A stretch of DNA of 22,706 nucleotides from contig JANKJI020000002.1 of NCBI GenBank assembly GCA_024626585.2, positions 219,475,851 through 219,498,556 of the forward strand, read 5' to 3'. Positions 1 through 10,019 of the stretch are shown here, piece by piece. The position numbers and the translations under genes are program-made. The stretch comes from Ginkgo biloba. Its lineage: Eukaryota > Plantae > Ginkgophyta. The notes beneath the pieces are model-generated. The model saw nothing but the letters and a program-made list of their open reading frames with translations, was not told the origin of the DNA and did not search any database. Positions within the stretch are counted from its first letter, which is position 1; each line of letters opens with the position of its first letter.

Positions 1-362
1 ACCAATTTCCTCTTGTAGAAAGGAAGACAAATTTATTCATTTCAGTTGAAAAATTAGAATATTTCAGTTAGACAAGGCTCTAGTAATATTTCAGAAATAT
101 GAGGATAGATTTTCACAATGTATGAGTAGAAATACATCATACGACATAACACCTACCATTGTGCTCATTGAGGACCAGATGATTTTGTAGTTTGATGACT
201 TCACATCTCGTATATAACAAGATTAAAGTTATATGAAAAAAGTTTCATGGAGCATGTCTTATTTGAGTGTTGATTAATACCTCATAGTATTGAAAGGATA
301 ACGGCCTTTGGATTTAGTATTGTCAACTATTCTTTCTCTTATAAATCACAACATACTTTTTC

Positions 363-606
363 CCACTATGAGTATGAACAAATTAGACGGGTAGGGTATT
401 CCTTTATTTGTGAAGGACTAATTGTATTATGAGTTGTTAAATAAAATATCAGGAATAATCCTCTCATTCAAATCTCCATTAGATTCTCCACTATGAGTAT
501 GAACAGATTTGCCCATAGAGTCCTCCTTTCTTTGTGAATGATTATTTGTATTATGAATTATCAAATAAAATATTAGGATAATCCTCTCATTTGAATCTCT
601 ATTAGA
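363..606. repeat. Two-copy tandem duplication, period ~125 bp
   Basis: CCACTATGAGTATGAACA starts at 363 and again at 488. Shared blocks follow in both copies: TTTGTGAA, TTGTATTATGA, AAATAAAATAT, ATAATCCTCTCATT and AATCTC.ATTAGA. Confidence 0.9.
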
Positions 607-1404
607 AATGAAAAACTAAGTCAAAAACTTAAAAATTTATTCATATGGTGCCCATCTTTTAACAAGAAAAATCTTGTTTTGTCTATTAATTTGAAAGAGA
701 AAAATCTTTAAAATCCTTCTATGATGAGTAAAATGGACTTTAAGGGTGTTTAAATCTTCAAATTTGAACTTTGACTATATCTTGTCAATCATTCAACACT
801 ACAAATTTAAATGGTATATTTGGAAGTGTGGAATTTCAATGCATGGGTTGAGTGTGTACAAAATGTCTTTTTTCCTAATGATAAAACATGTTGGTCAAAT
901 TCCCAAAACAATATCCCTATTGTTATTTCTCTCACCCAACCAAATTATTGTATTTGTCCCTTGTGCTCGATTGCCATGGTAGGGTTATCATGGACTTGAC
1001 AATGTAAAACTAATAATGACTTCATCATTTACATGGCGTTTTTTGTGCTAATGGCATAAACTCATTAAGGGGTGGGTTGGTATTAGAAGCTTCCAAAAAT
1101 GGAAAAATTTATATCATTTTATTTTTGACATTGCAANNNNNNNNNNNNNNNNNNNNNNNNNNNNNNNNNNNNNNNNNNNNNNNNNNNNNNNNNNNNNNNN
1201 NNNNNNNNNNNNNNNNNNNNNNNNNNNNNNNNNNNNTATTTGTTATCATTATTTCATTCTTTTGATATAAGGGAACTCCCCCTATAATATAGAGAGTATT
1301 AAGCTCCTTATTATTATAGTGTGTTGGTATTCCTCTCTCTTTTCTATAGACCAATTCCTTATCCATCCTTTTATATAGGTACCAAAATACACATCAATAG
1401 AAAT

Positions 1405-1422
1405 TAGTGACTCCATTGGGAA
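1405..1422 (+). promoter_or_regulatory. Degenerate primer-binding site, tRNA-Arg type (Tat/Ogre)
   Basis: TAGTGACTCCATTGGGAA matches the Ogre-type PBS TGGCGACTCCACTGGGGA at 14/18, and all four mismatches are G>A or C>T transitions. It lies ~5 nt after the LTR-like end and upstream of gag. Confidence 0.7.
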
Positions 1423-1854
1423 AAAATCAACCCTAAAAGATTACCTCTCATTGGATTGAAATTGATAGGCATTGAAATAATAGATGCAAGGAGGACATAC
1501 ATGATATCCCTAAGAGATTAAGGTGTCATAAATATTTATAGAGTTCTCCTCAAGATAAGAGAAAAATACATGCTGCATTACAAATAGTCTCTTTTGCGCA
1601 TGAAGGGGGAAGAACTTCTAATTTTGAGACTAGGGTCCAATACCCATATTGATTTAAAGTGAAGAGAAAGCATCACCATACTTATCTAGTATTGATCAAC
1701 TCATGATAATGAACTCTTCTACATCACTTCTTTTTTCCCTTATGTCTCTTCCTTGTCCCCCAAACCCTCTAATGCTAATGGAGATGCCTTGGAGGAATGG
1801 TTGTCCACTCAAATTGGGTTAGAACCTCAACCTTATTCCTAATAGATCCTAGGA

Positions 1855-2360
1855 TGCATGCCAAAAATTCAAACATGATAACTTAGTTTTATATGAGTAG
1901 CATGTTGAAGTTATTTTGCTATATGTGGATACTTCAACATAATCTTTAAGAATGTTGTACCTAGGTTATTCATACATGCATTTAAAGATGAAGCCTTAAA
2001 GTGATAAGAATATTTATCAAATGGGTCTATCACTGGATGGGATACTCTTATGAAATAATTTAGGCCCAAGTTTCTCTTAGAAAATATGGTTTCCATTTTG
2101 ATCAAAGGGTTATCCACCATAAATAATTGGAACAAAGAGAGCATAAAAAACTACATCTAAAGGTATGATAGAATTTNNNNNNNNNNNNNNNNNNNNNNNN
2201 NNNAATAGAGGTACATATGGAATGTTTCTTAGAAGGATTGGATTTGTACACGAGATATGTAGTATAAGACAAGATCCATGTTGATTTGGATACTATAAAG
2301 AGGATGGCCTTGTTCATCAAGGAGAGACTCCATAAAGTTAGAAAAGTGAAACCCATAATT
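1855..2360 (+). pseudogene. gag: Ty3/gypsy gag pseudogene (Retrotrans_gag-like)
   Basis: The frame from 1921 reads ICGYFNIIFKNVVPRLFIHAFKDEALK**EYLSNGSITGWDTLMK*FRPKF...KESIKNYI*RY. A frameshifted PKFKHDN...E*HV precedes it. This fits the plant gypsy gag pattern LPKF..G...EH...EDVVCRLF..TL...A..WY..L..GSI.SW..L...F..KF. Confidence 0.8.
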
Positions 2361-4174
2361 CCTATTTTTGACCATACTAAACCTTCTATTGAGTCTCTTA
2401 AAATATTATCGATGCTTCAAAAATTAAAATATGAACTCATTTACCTAAGAAGACAAATGTAATTTGGGAAAATAGGTGTTGGTAAATGAATGATCTTACC
2501 AAGATATGAAGACACAAACTAAATATCAAACCTTCTTCCTCTACCTACCAATGTTATGATGATATAAAGGTCTATTAAAGAGAAAAAAGTTAAGGATGAC
2601 CATATCACCATCTAACACTTAACCCTAATTTACAGAGAAATAAAGAAGGATATCCAATCCTCCTCACATATTATGGGAGATGCTAGTTGGCCTAATTTGG
2701 AGATAGTGAACAAAGATGATAAATTTTATGAATCCAATGCTAAGTTTTCTATTCAAACAATAATCATAATGGATTAAGATAGGGGTAGGCATATAGATTA
2801 GATAAGGCCAAATAGAACCCCTGATGCTACACTTGTTATAAGATATAATGAACATATGTAGCCAATTAACAAGTAGAAGAGTTAACTATTTTTATTAATA
2901 TGGGACTAGAAACCTATGATTCCATTACTAAATTAAATATTTTTTCTAATGAAGGGGATTACTCTTATAAAGANNNNNNNNNNNNNNNNNNNNNNNNNNN
3001 NNNNNNNNNNNNNNNNNNNNNNNNNNNNNNNNNNNNNNNNNNNNNNNNNNNNNNNNNNNNNNNNNNNNNNNNNNNNNNNNNNNNNNNNNNNNNNNNNNNN
3101 NNNNNNNNNNNNNNNNNNNNNNNNNNNNNNNNNNNNNNNNNNNNNNNNNNNNNNNNNNNNNNNNNNNNNNNNNNNNNNNNNNNNNNNNNNNNNNNNNNNN
3201 NNNNNNNNNNNNNNNNNNNNNNNNNNNNNNNNNNNNNNNNNNNNNNNNNNNNNNNNNNNNNNNNNNNNNNNNNNNNNNNNNNNNNNNNNNNNNNNNNNNN
3301 NNNNNNNNNNNNNNNNNNNNNNNNNNNNNNNNNNNNNNNNNNNNNNNNNNNNNNNNNNNNNNNNNNNNNNNNNNNNNNNNNNNNNNNNNNNNNNNNNNNN
3401 NNNNNNNNNNNNNNNNNNNNNNNNNNNNNNNNNNNNNNNNNNNNNNNNNNNNNNNNNNNNNNNNNNNNNNNNNNNNNNNNNNNNNNNNNNNNNNNNNNNN
3501 NNNNNNNNNNNNNNNNNNNNNNNNNNNNNNNNNNNNNNNNNNNNNNNGGACCCAAAAGGAAAATAAAATCAATTTTAGTTAATTATTTTAGGGTTTGAGT
3601 GTTTTAAACAAATGTGTCTAAAGTCTCCTCTTCAAACCCTTGATGATCCATGGATCTAAAAGAAAAATCAAAAGGAGTTAATGAAGGAGAGTACTTCTTC
3701 AAATTTTGAGGATTTTAGAATTTGAGAAATAAATAAGATAAGTCACATCAAGTGTAGAATGAAATTCAATTAAACCATGTCCACAACTCTATCAAGAGAC
3801 ATGATTTGGAGTTTAGGATTTTGGGAAAATACAAGGCAAGAGTATGAGACATTCATTCCAAAACCATAAATTATTGAAACCTTAAAAAATATGATGGGAT
3901 CGAAGAGAAAAGGAATAAATTAGAGGATAAAGAATCTTACCACATGTACTGCTAGACATGATAGGTCCTAACTCATGGAGGGTCCATATTTGAGGTATAT
4001 GTGTTCAATAGGCTAACCTTATCGCATGCCTCAAATCCAAATGAGGATCCTTACATCCACCACAAATACGAGTGATAATCCTTGCACTTAAATATTGAAA
4101 GGATACCACATTTTTCATTTCATAAGGAGTACAATTGACAACTAGTATCTCATGCCTATATTTGATGCAGGGCA

Positions 4175-5460
4175 TGATGTTGGTGTAGGTAACAAATTCT
4201 AACATACTGCTTCCATCGCCACCAACACTAGCCTGTCTGCTAGGATATTTTAAGTGAATGAACCGATGTAGTCAATTCAAGCTCTTAAAAACTATGAGCT
4301 CAACCATAGGACCTTTGATGCCATATGAAGTCATGAATAAAATACAAATCAAACCACCATCTAGCCATTTGTAGGAAGGAAAAATGATAGGATATCACAA
4401 CATAAATCCACTCAAGGAGATCACAGTATGTGATACTTTTCAACTGGAGAAACCCTCTTGGGGAATAAAACCTTGGGCCTATTATGGAAGTCATAAATTA
4501 TACATTCAGTTATATTACAATGAACTTTGCAGCTTCTTCCTCACTAGTAGAGGTCAATATAATGCATGCCAACACCTATGGTACACATAATCACTATTAA
4601 TATAGGACCTTGTCCCTAACTCCAACACTTTATAGATCATTGGTATGAACAATGCCTTCTTCTAAAATCACTACCTCCATTGATTTTTATCATGGAATTC
4701 CTTTTGAATCCTTCTAATATTTAGATCCCAAAAAATGAGACAACCAAACCCTTCCTTATTTATTCACTCTCTTCAACTAAACCAACCAACCAACCCTTTC
4801 TTACTATCTCCCACCCTAACTCTTATAACCCCTTCTTTATCTCCTCATGGGATCTTTATACTAGAGATTCCTTAGCTAGCAACGACTAACTACAACATTC
4901 AAATTTGACTCCAATGGTTCTAATAGGTGATGCATTCAAGCCTTCAACGACTCTATTAATCTTCTGCAAGAGTGATACTCACATGAACTTCTTGGTCCAG
5001 GTTCACTTTCCTCCTTGATGGTTAGTGGAGTTATTAATGATTTATGTCTAGCATTCCCTAACACTGCATTAAAATCTCATTAATTATTATTTATGACATG
5101 CACTTTCTTCATTAAATTCTCCCTCAAGATACTCAAACTTAATCTCCATCGGGTCTATAATATCAGATTCTCTATTGGGATGCTACTCAATAACATTATA
5201 AACTCCTAGTGGCCCAATATATATCTTTTCATATCTTTCAGGGTCTTGAATTATATTTGATAAATGATCAGTTCTATGGAGTCAGGGATTCAAAAGAGGT
5301 ATCCCTCATTGAGAACCCTAAACCCCAATCCCTAATAAACTAAGTTTCATACACTTTCAGGTCAGTGGGTTTTATGACTCTGTCACCTCATATTTCTTGT
5401 GCCAACCTTCGGGACCCCAACTCCCAATTAAATCTATTTTAACATTGCATCAAATCTGCA
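4175..5460 (-). mobile_element. LTR copy 1 (same family as 7020-8349)
   Basis: Colinear with ~7120-8330. Shared blocks include AACATACTG.TTCCAT.GCCAC, AAACCACCATCTA, AATCCACTCAAG, GGCCTATTATGGAAGTCATA, CCTTCTTCTAAAATCACTACCTC, AAACCAACCAACCAACCCTTTCTTACTATCTC and ACTAACTACAACATTCAAAT. A TATA-like TATAAA lies on the minus strand at 4855-4860. Exact ends are not resolved. Confidence 0.75.
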
Positions 5461-5623
5461 GGTTTTAATTTAAATAGGTGGCCCCAAAATTATTTTAAAT
5501 AAAGTTCTTGGTCTGCAGGGAGGNNNNNNNNNNNNNNNNNNNNNNNNNNNNNNNNNNNNNNNNNNNNNNNNNNNNNNNNNNNNNNNNNNNNNNNNNNNNN
5601 NNNNNNNNNNNNNNNNNNNNNNN

Positions 5624-6490
5624 ACAATAGAACCTCATAGATTTATAGTGCTCTGTGCAATAAAATATTCATGCAAATTCATTAGTGCAACCTCACCCAA
5701 CTAGAACTATTCACCCAGGAGCAGCCTCTCTCGATGTTCTACTTAGTGAATCCTTATCCCTCGGTTATCTCGATGAAATTACCTTCGACTTAGCCATACT
5801 CTGCTCCTCTAGCACTTATCCATTCGTCACCCCACTANNNNNNNNNNNNNNNNNCTTCAATCCAGCAGCACTTTGTTTCTCTCTCTGAAATCTCCCCCCA
5901 AATGACTCCTTGCATGTTGTATTTATAGGTGTAGATCCAACAGATCCCCCGTTCCCATGCTCAATAGCTCTTGCAACTACAATGGAACTATTAGTTGATC
6001 ATTAAATCTATAATGGCTATGCCATTAATGGATGCAATGTTCACAGAAGTGCCTTTTCATCGACATCCTTCGCCTTGCCTATTTTTTTTTTTTTTTTTAC
6101 CGACGCAAGTTGTTCTTTGCCCTTCATCAGTCTTGTCTCCTATCAATTTATCTTTTGTAAAGTTGCCTTCTATCGGTATACTTTTAACTGATGAGTTTTG
6201 TCAGTCATCCACCGACGCAGGTTGGTTTTCTACCTCACTGACGTCATTGGCCTTATGTCCTCTGAAGCTCGTCAAATACCTCCGTCGACATCATTAGTTT
6301 ATGTTTCACCAACAGATGTCATATTTCTTATATTCACCGACGAAGATAGTTTCCTCTCTCCACTAGCATTCCTTGTCTTCTTTGGTTTTGTCAATGAGGT
6401 CAGTACTCCTTTCGTCGGCGCTCATTGGTTTTGCTCTGGCCGACGCCCGTCGGCCAACCGACGCGGTGAGTGTTGGATGCTCCTGCATCA
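5624..6490 (-). mobile_element. Younger CpG-rich LTR (solo LTR or end of an element) nested in the gag gene
   Basis: The minus strand begins TGATGCAGG at 6490, exactly where the gag frame breaks. A minus-strand TATA box CTATAAATA is at 5920-5928. CCGACG motifs recur (~6100, 6212, 6337, 6440, 6458), in contrast to CpG-poor flanks. The other end is hidden in the 100-N gap at 5524-5623. Confidence 0.6.
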
Positions 6491-6934
6491 AAACCTAAAT
6501 TGGTTCCTTATGTTTTTAAACTCAGTCTTGCTATAGGTGCTCCCACTAAAGGGAAGCATGCTCCTTCAACTAGGTATAAAAAAATTTTACTCTACTGGGG
6601 TCCTTTATCTCCTCCTATTCAAAATACTTCTCTATGTCTCTTATCTAATCCAATAAGTCTTCTAACTTAGGCTCCCTCCAAAACTCGACACCTCCAATTT
6701 CGCTCCTCCTCTATTTCCTTTCAACATTCTTGCCAATACATCTTCAACATTCTGCTCTGGTGGGATTGGACCTTCATTCTCTTACTCAGGCTTAAAAACA
6801 TGATCAACAAGTGGTGTGGGTCATTATTCTTGAAAAGTATTTCTCAGTCTTTCAACCTTATTACTAATATCTTCAACTCTTTGAACCAAAGCCTCCATCC
6901 TTTGGAGAATGGGACCATCTCTTATAGGAGACAT
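6491..6934 (-). pseudogene. gag: Ty3/gypsy gag N-terminus pseudogene, CRM/chromovirus-like
   Basis: From the ATG at 6934: MSPIRDGPILQRMEALVQRVEDISNKVERLR...GAKLEVSSFGGSLS, a frameshift, then DLLD*IRDIEKYFE*EEIKDPSRVKFFYT*LKEHASL*WEHL*QD*V*KHKEPI. This matches the CRM-type gag pattern K.EIP.F.G...PE..LDW...E..F......KVK....KL...ASLWW..L...R....KE.I.TW. Confidence 0.8.
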
Positions 6935-7005
6935 CCTTAGATTTAGTATGTTCTTATTATTTTTGCACTAATGTCTTTAGCACTTCTTAACAATCTCCCA
7001 ACTAA

Positions 7006-7017
7006 TCTTTGACACCA
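7006..7017 (-). promoter_or_regulatory. Degenerate tRNA-iMet primer-binding site
   Basis: Minus-strand TGGTGTCAAAGA matches TGGTATCAGAGC at 9/12. It lies 2 nt after the LTR end ...GTTACA (7020) and ~70 nt before the gag ATG. Confidence 0.65.
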
Positions 7018-7019
7018 AC

Positions 7020-8349
7020 TGTAACCTCACCTAATAAGTTATTCCTTAGCTCTGATATCTACTATTTCCTTTTACCATAAGATATTCCTTAGATATGATA
7101 CTAGTTTCCATAGGTCACAAAGTTGATATGGGCGATGACCTCCAACATACTGATTCCATTGCCACTGACACTAACTTACCTACTTAGATCTTTTAAGCAA
7201 ATAAACTAAGATAGTCAGTTTGAGGTCCAAATAAATATGAGCTTATCCATAGGATCTTCGGTGCCACATGAAGTCATAGATAAAATAAAAGTAAAACCAC
7301 CATCTATCCATTCATATGGATAAAAAATGATAGAAGATCATAACACAAATCCACTCAAGTAGACCACAGTACGCGAAACTTTTTAATACAATGGCCTATT
7401 ATGGAAGTCATAGATTATACATTAAATTCTATTACAATGGCCTCTACGACTTCTTCCCCATTATCAAAGGTCAATACAATGCATATTAACACTCGTAGTA
7501 CATATAATCACTAGTAATATAGGACCTTAGCCCTACCTTCTACACTTTATGGCTCACTGATATTCATAACACCTTCTTCTAAAATCACTACCTCTATCAC
7601 TTTTTCTCTTGGAATTCCTTTCAAATCCTTCCAAACTTTAACTCCCAACAAACAAGCCAACCAAACCCTTCCTTCCTTAGTCACTCTCTTAAATCAAACC
7701 AACCAACCAACCCTTTCTTACTATCTCATAGTCTAACCCTCGTCATGCCCTCTTCATCTCCTCTTAGGATATTTATACTAGAGCTTCCAAGGCTAGCAAC
7801 AACTAACTACAACATTCAAATATAACTCCAACAGTTCTGTTATCTACAAATTCATTTCCTCAATGGATACCAACATGAATGCTTTACAATCATCTTTAAT
7901 GGCTCTCTTGGTATTTCATGTCCAAGTTCATGTTCATCTTCTCCCATTGTTAAGTAGGGGTAAAATTAATGAATTTACCATCCTCAATAATTACCTCTAC
8001 ATGCCTTTAGTAAAGCTTCACCATCAACATTAATGGAAGGTGCACACTACATTAAATTCACTTATAAAAATATCTCCATTTATATCTATTGGGTATGATT
8101 TATCGATCATTTGAATTAATATCTCTCCCTAAGATTATCCCTATTTATTAAATGATTAGGTCTATGAAGGTATGAGTTCACAAGGAGGCATCCATCTTTG
8201 AGAACCTTGATCCCTGATAAAATATATTTAATAACTTTGGCAGGTCTGTGAGTTTTATAACCCTTCACTCACATTCCTTATGCCACCCCCTAGTACCCTA
8301 ATGCCTGATTCATTTCCATCTTATTATATCATTGGGTCTGTTCCATACA
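7020..8349 (-). mobile_element. 5' LTR of the CRM-like element (LTR copy 2)
   Basis: The plus strand starts TGTAAC at 7020 next to the PBS, with a candidate other end ...ATACA at 8349. A minus-strand TATAAAT lies at 7771-7777. Homologous to 4175-5460. Confidence 0.75.
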
Positions 8350-9373
8350 ATGGTACGATGATTTACTTCTTTTATTATTTTATTCATCGACAACCCCACA
8401 ACTATACCCTCTCTCTCTCCATGATGTAGACTTCAAATGACTCTGGATCATAGCATAAAGACTTAGTGGGTCCATGGGACTTAAGTGCCAAACAATATAA
8501 AACCTCTTAGGCCTCCAATAGCCCGATGCCTAATTATATTATAACATTTAAAGGATTTAGGTCTGGTAAGACTTCGATATTAATATATAAGGTGTGCCTC
8601 TATTTATCCTTCGATCAATNNNNNNNNNNNNNNNNNNNNNNNNNNNNNNNNNNNACTTGATAATGACTATTCATCATGCAATCCACTGTTGTGACCCATG
8701 ATACTCCTTTAATTTTCCCAAAGAACACTAGTTATACATAAATACATATATTTAGTGAACACTAATAAGACTTCACAAAGATGACAATAATACCAAACTA
8801 TATACACAGGTTAAAAAAATGTGCATAATAACATCATGTGATGGTGATGCTCTTGCATTAATATTAATAAGAGAGTGGTGTTATTATCCTCTTTGATCCT
8901 CTCCTACCAATATTTAATTGAGAAACTAAGGGAGCACCATCTTAGAGATAAGGTTACATACAAAATTTTAAGGATATCAACCAATTTATAGGGGAGGTTG
9001 TACCTAGTGTAAAAAATTCTTTAGCTCTTAGTCATGGATTTTTTATGGATGGTTTTATCATCCTATGAAATATAGTGTTTCCCCCATCCATAAATAATTT
9101 TCTACTAAATTAGATACACCAATATGGCCATGACTTCAAGTGCTGGCATGGCCTATGCAATTTTTATTAGATTGATGTTAATTATTTCCAAGCATAGTTA
9201 GAAAGCATATTCATTCAAAGAAAAATCNNNNNNNNNNNNNNNNNNNNNNNNNNNNNNNNNNNNNNNNNNNNNNNNNNNNNNNNNNNNNNNNNNNNNNNNN
9301 NNNNNNNNNNNNNNNNNNNNNNNNNNNTTTATCACATGATGAGTTTTTCCTCAATTACTGTCACTTCTATCCA

Positions 9374-9533
9374 TTATAAGACAAACTTGTAATCATTTAC
9401 CTTCATAAAATATTAAAGGGAACTTACCTACATAAAATTCTATTGGTAAGTTTCCATAAATATTTCCTGTTATAAGATGGACCTGTAATAATTTACTTTA
9501 ATAAAATATTGAAGGCATGTTACCTACATAAAA
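9374..9533. repeat. Two-copy direct repeat, ~64-bp unit, period 96 bp
   Basis: TTATAAGA...TGTAAT.ATTTAC.TT.ATAAAATATT.AAGG...TTACCTACATAAAA occurs at 9374-9437 and 9470-9533. Confidence 0.85.
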
Positions 9534-10019
9534 ATTTGCAACTTCTAGAGGTCATGCATAGGCATTATGGGATAGGGATGATCGGGAAGCATTCTAAGAT
9601 GAGATTTAGGGAAGAATAATGGGCATTATGAGATGAGAGTTAAGGAAATACAATTGGAGAGTTTGGGCCCTTTAATTGGGTGATCTGATTTGGTCCTTTA
9701 CCACATGGATCCCTATATTTTTTTATGCTATTAATTTTATCATACAATGGTATTGAATCTTAAGATTAAATATCCTCATTAATACCTTTAGATGTTTGTT
9801 TTAGAATAATCATTTTTTCTCTATATCTAGATATGTGGAGAGAGGCATCCAAATTAGAGTTAAAATAATGGAGAACAGGTTTTCTTAAAGATTTATTTGA
9901 TGTAATGGAGGTTCTTATTGTATGAAGGAATGAAAAGGAAGGGAGGGTAACTTGGTTGGCTAGAGTAGGGGAGCTCATTAAATTCCAAATATTCTCAAAA
10001 TAAAAAATGTAAACATAAT

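Larger units (their letters stand above)
1237..2973 (+). mobile_element. Degenerate Ty3/gypsy LTR retrotransposon, Tat/Ogre-like (5' LTR end, PBS, gag, possible protease remnant)
   Basis: An LTR-like end ...ACACATCAATA (~1399) is followed by a PBS-like 18-mer at 1405, a Retrotrans_gag-like frame at 1855-2360 and weak protease-like text at ~2700-2973. Both ends run into N gaps. Confidence 0.7.

Noticed and set aside
2900-3598. Long ORFs (196-232 aa) in the supplied track
   Set aside because: They consist almost entirely of X residues from an N-run. These are artefacts, as are the other gap-spanning ORFs.
3548-4054. Possible additional LTR fragment ending ...CCTTACA
   Set aside because: There is no partner copy, PBS or PPT in the window to support the boundary.
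6437-6456. Hairpin as a Helitron 3' terminator or a bacterial terminator
   Set aside because: No CTRR end lies at the expected distance, there is no U-tract, and the context is a eukaryotic LTR-like sequence.
5995-6670. Plus-strand ORFs of 100, 112 and 66 aa
   Set aside because: They have no recognisable domain. They lie in a GC-richer LTR or antisense to the gag remnant, where stop codons are rarer by chance.
7049-7060. Second PBS-like string GCTCTGATATCT
   Set aside because: It is not adjacent to a TG/CA LTR terminus. The site at 7006-7017 has the correct geometry.
8810-9120. Possible gypsy aspartic-protease remnant (SCININKRVV)
   Set aside because: Only a few residues resemble the motif and several frameshifts are needed, so it is not supportable without a search.
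363-9533. CRISPR-like or satellite arrays from the short direct repeats
   Set aside because: Each repeat has only two diverged copies, with no repeat-spacer periodicity and no cas genes.
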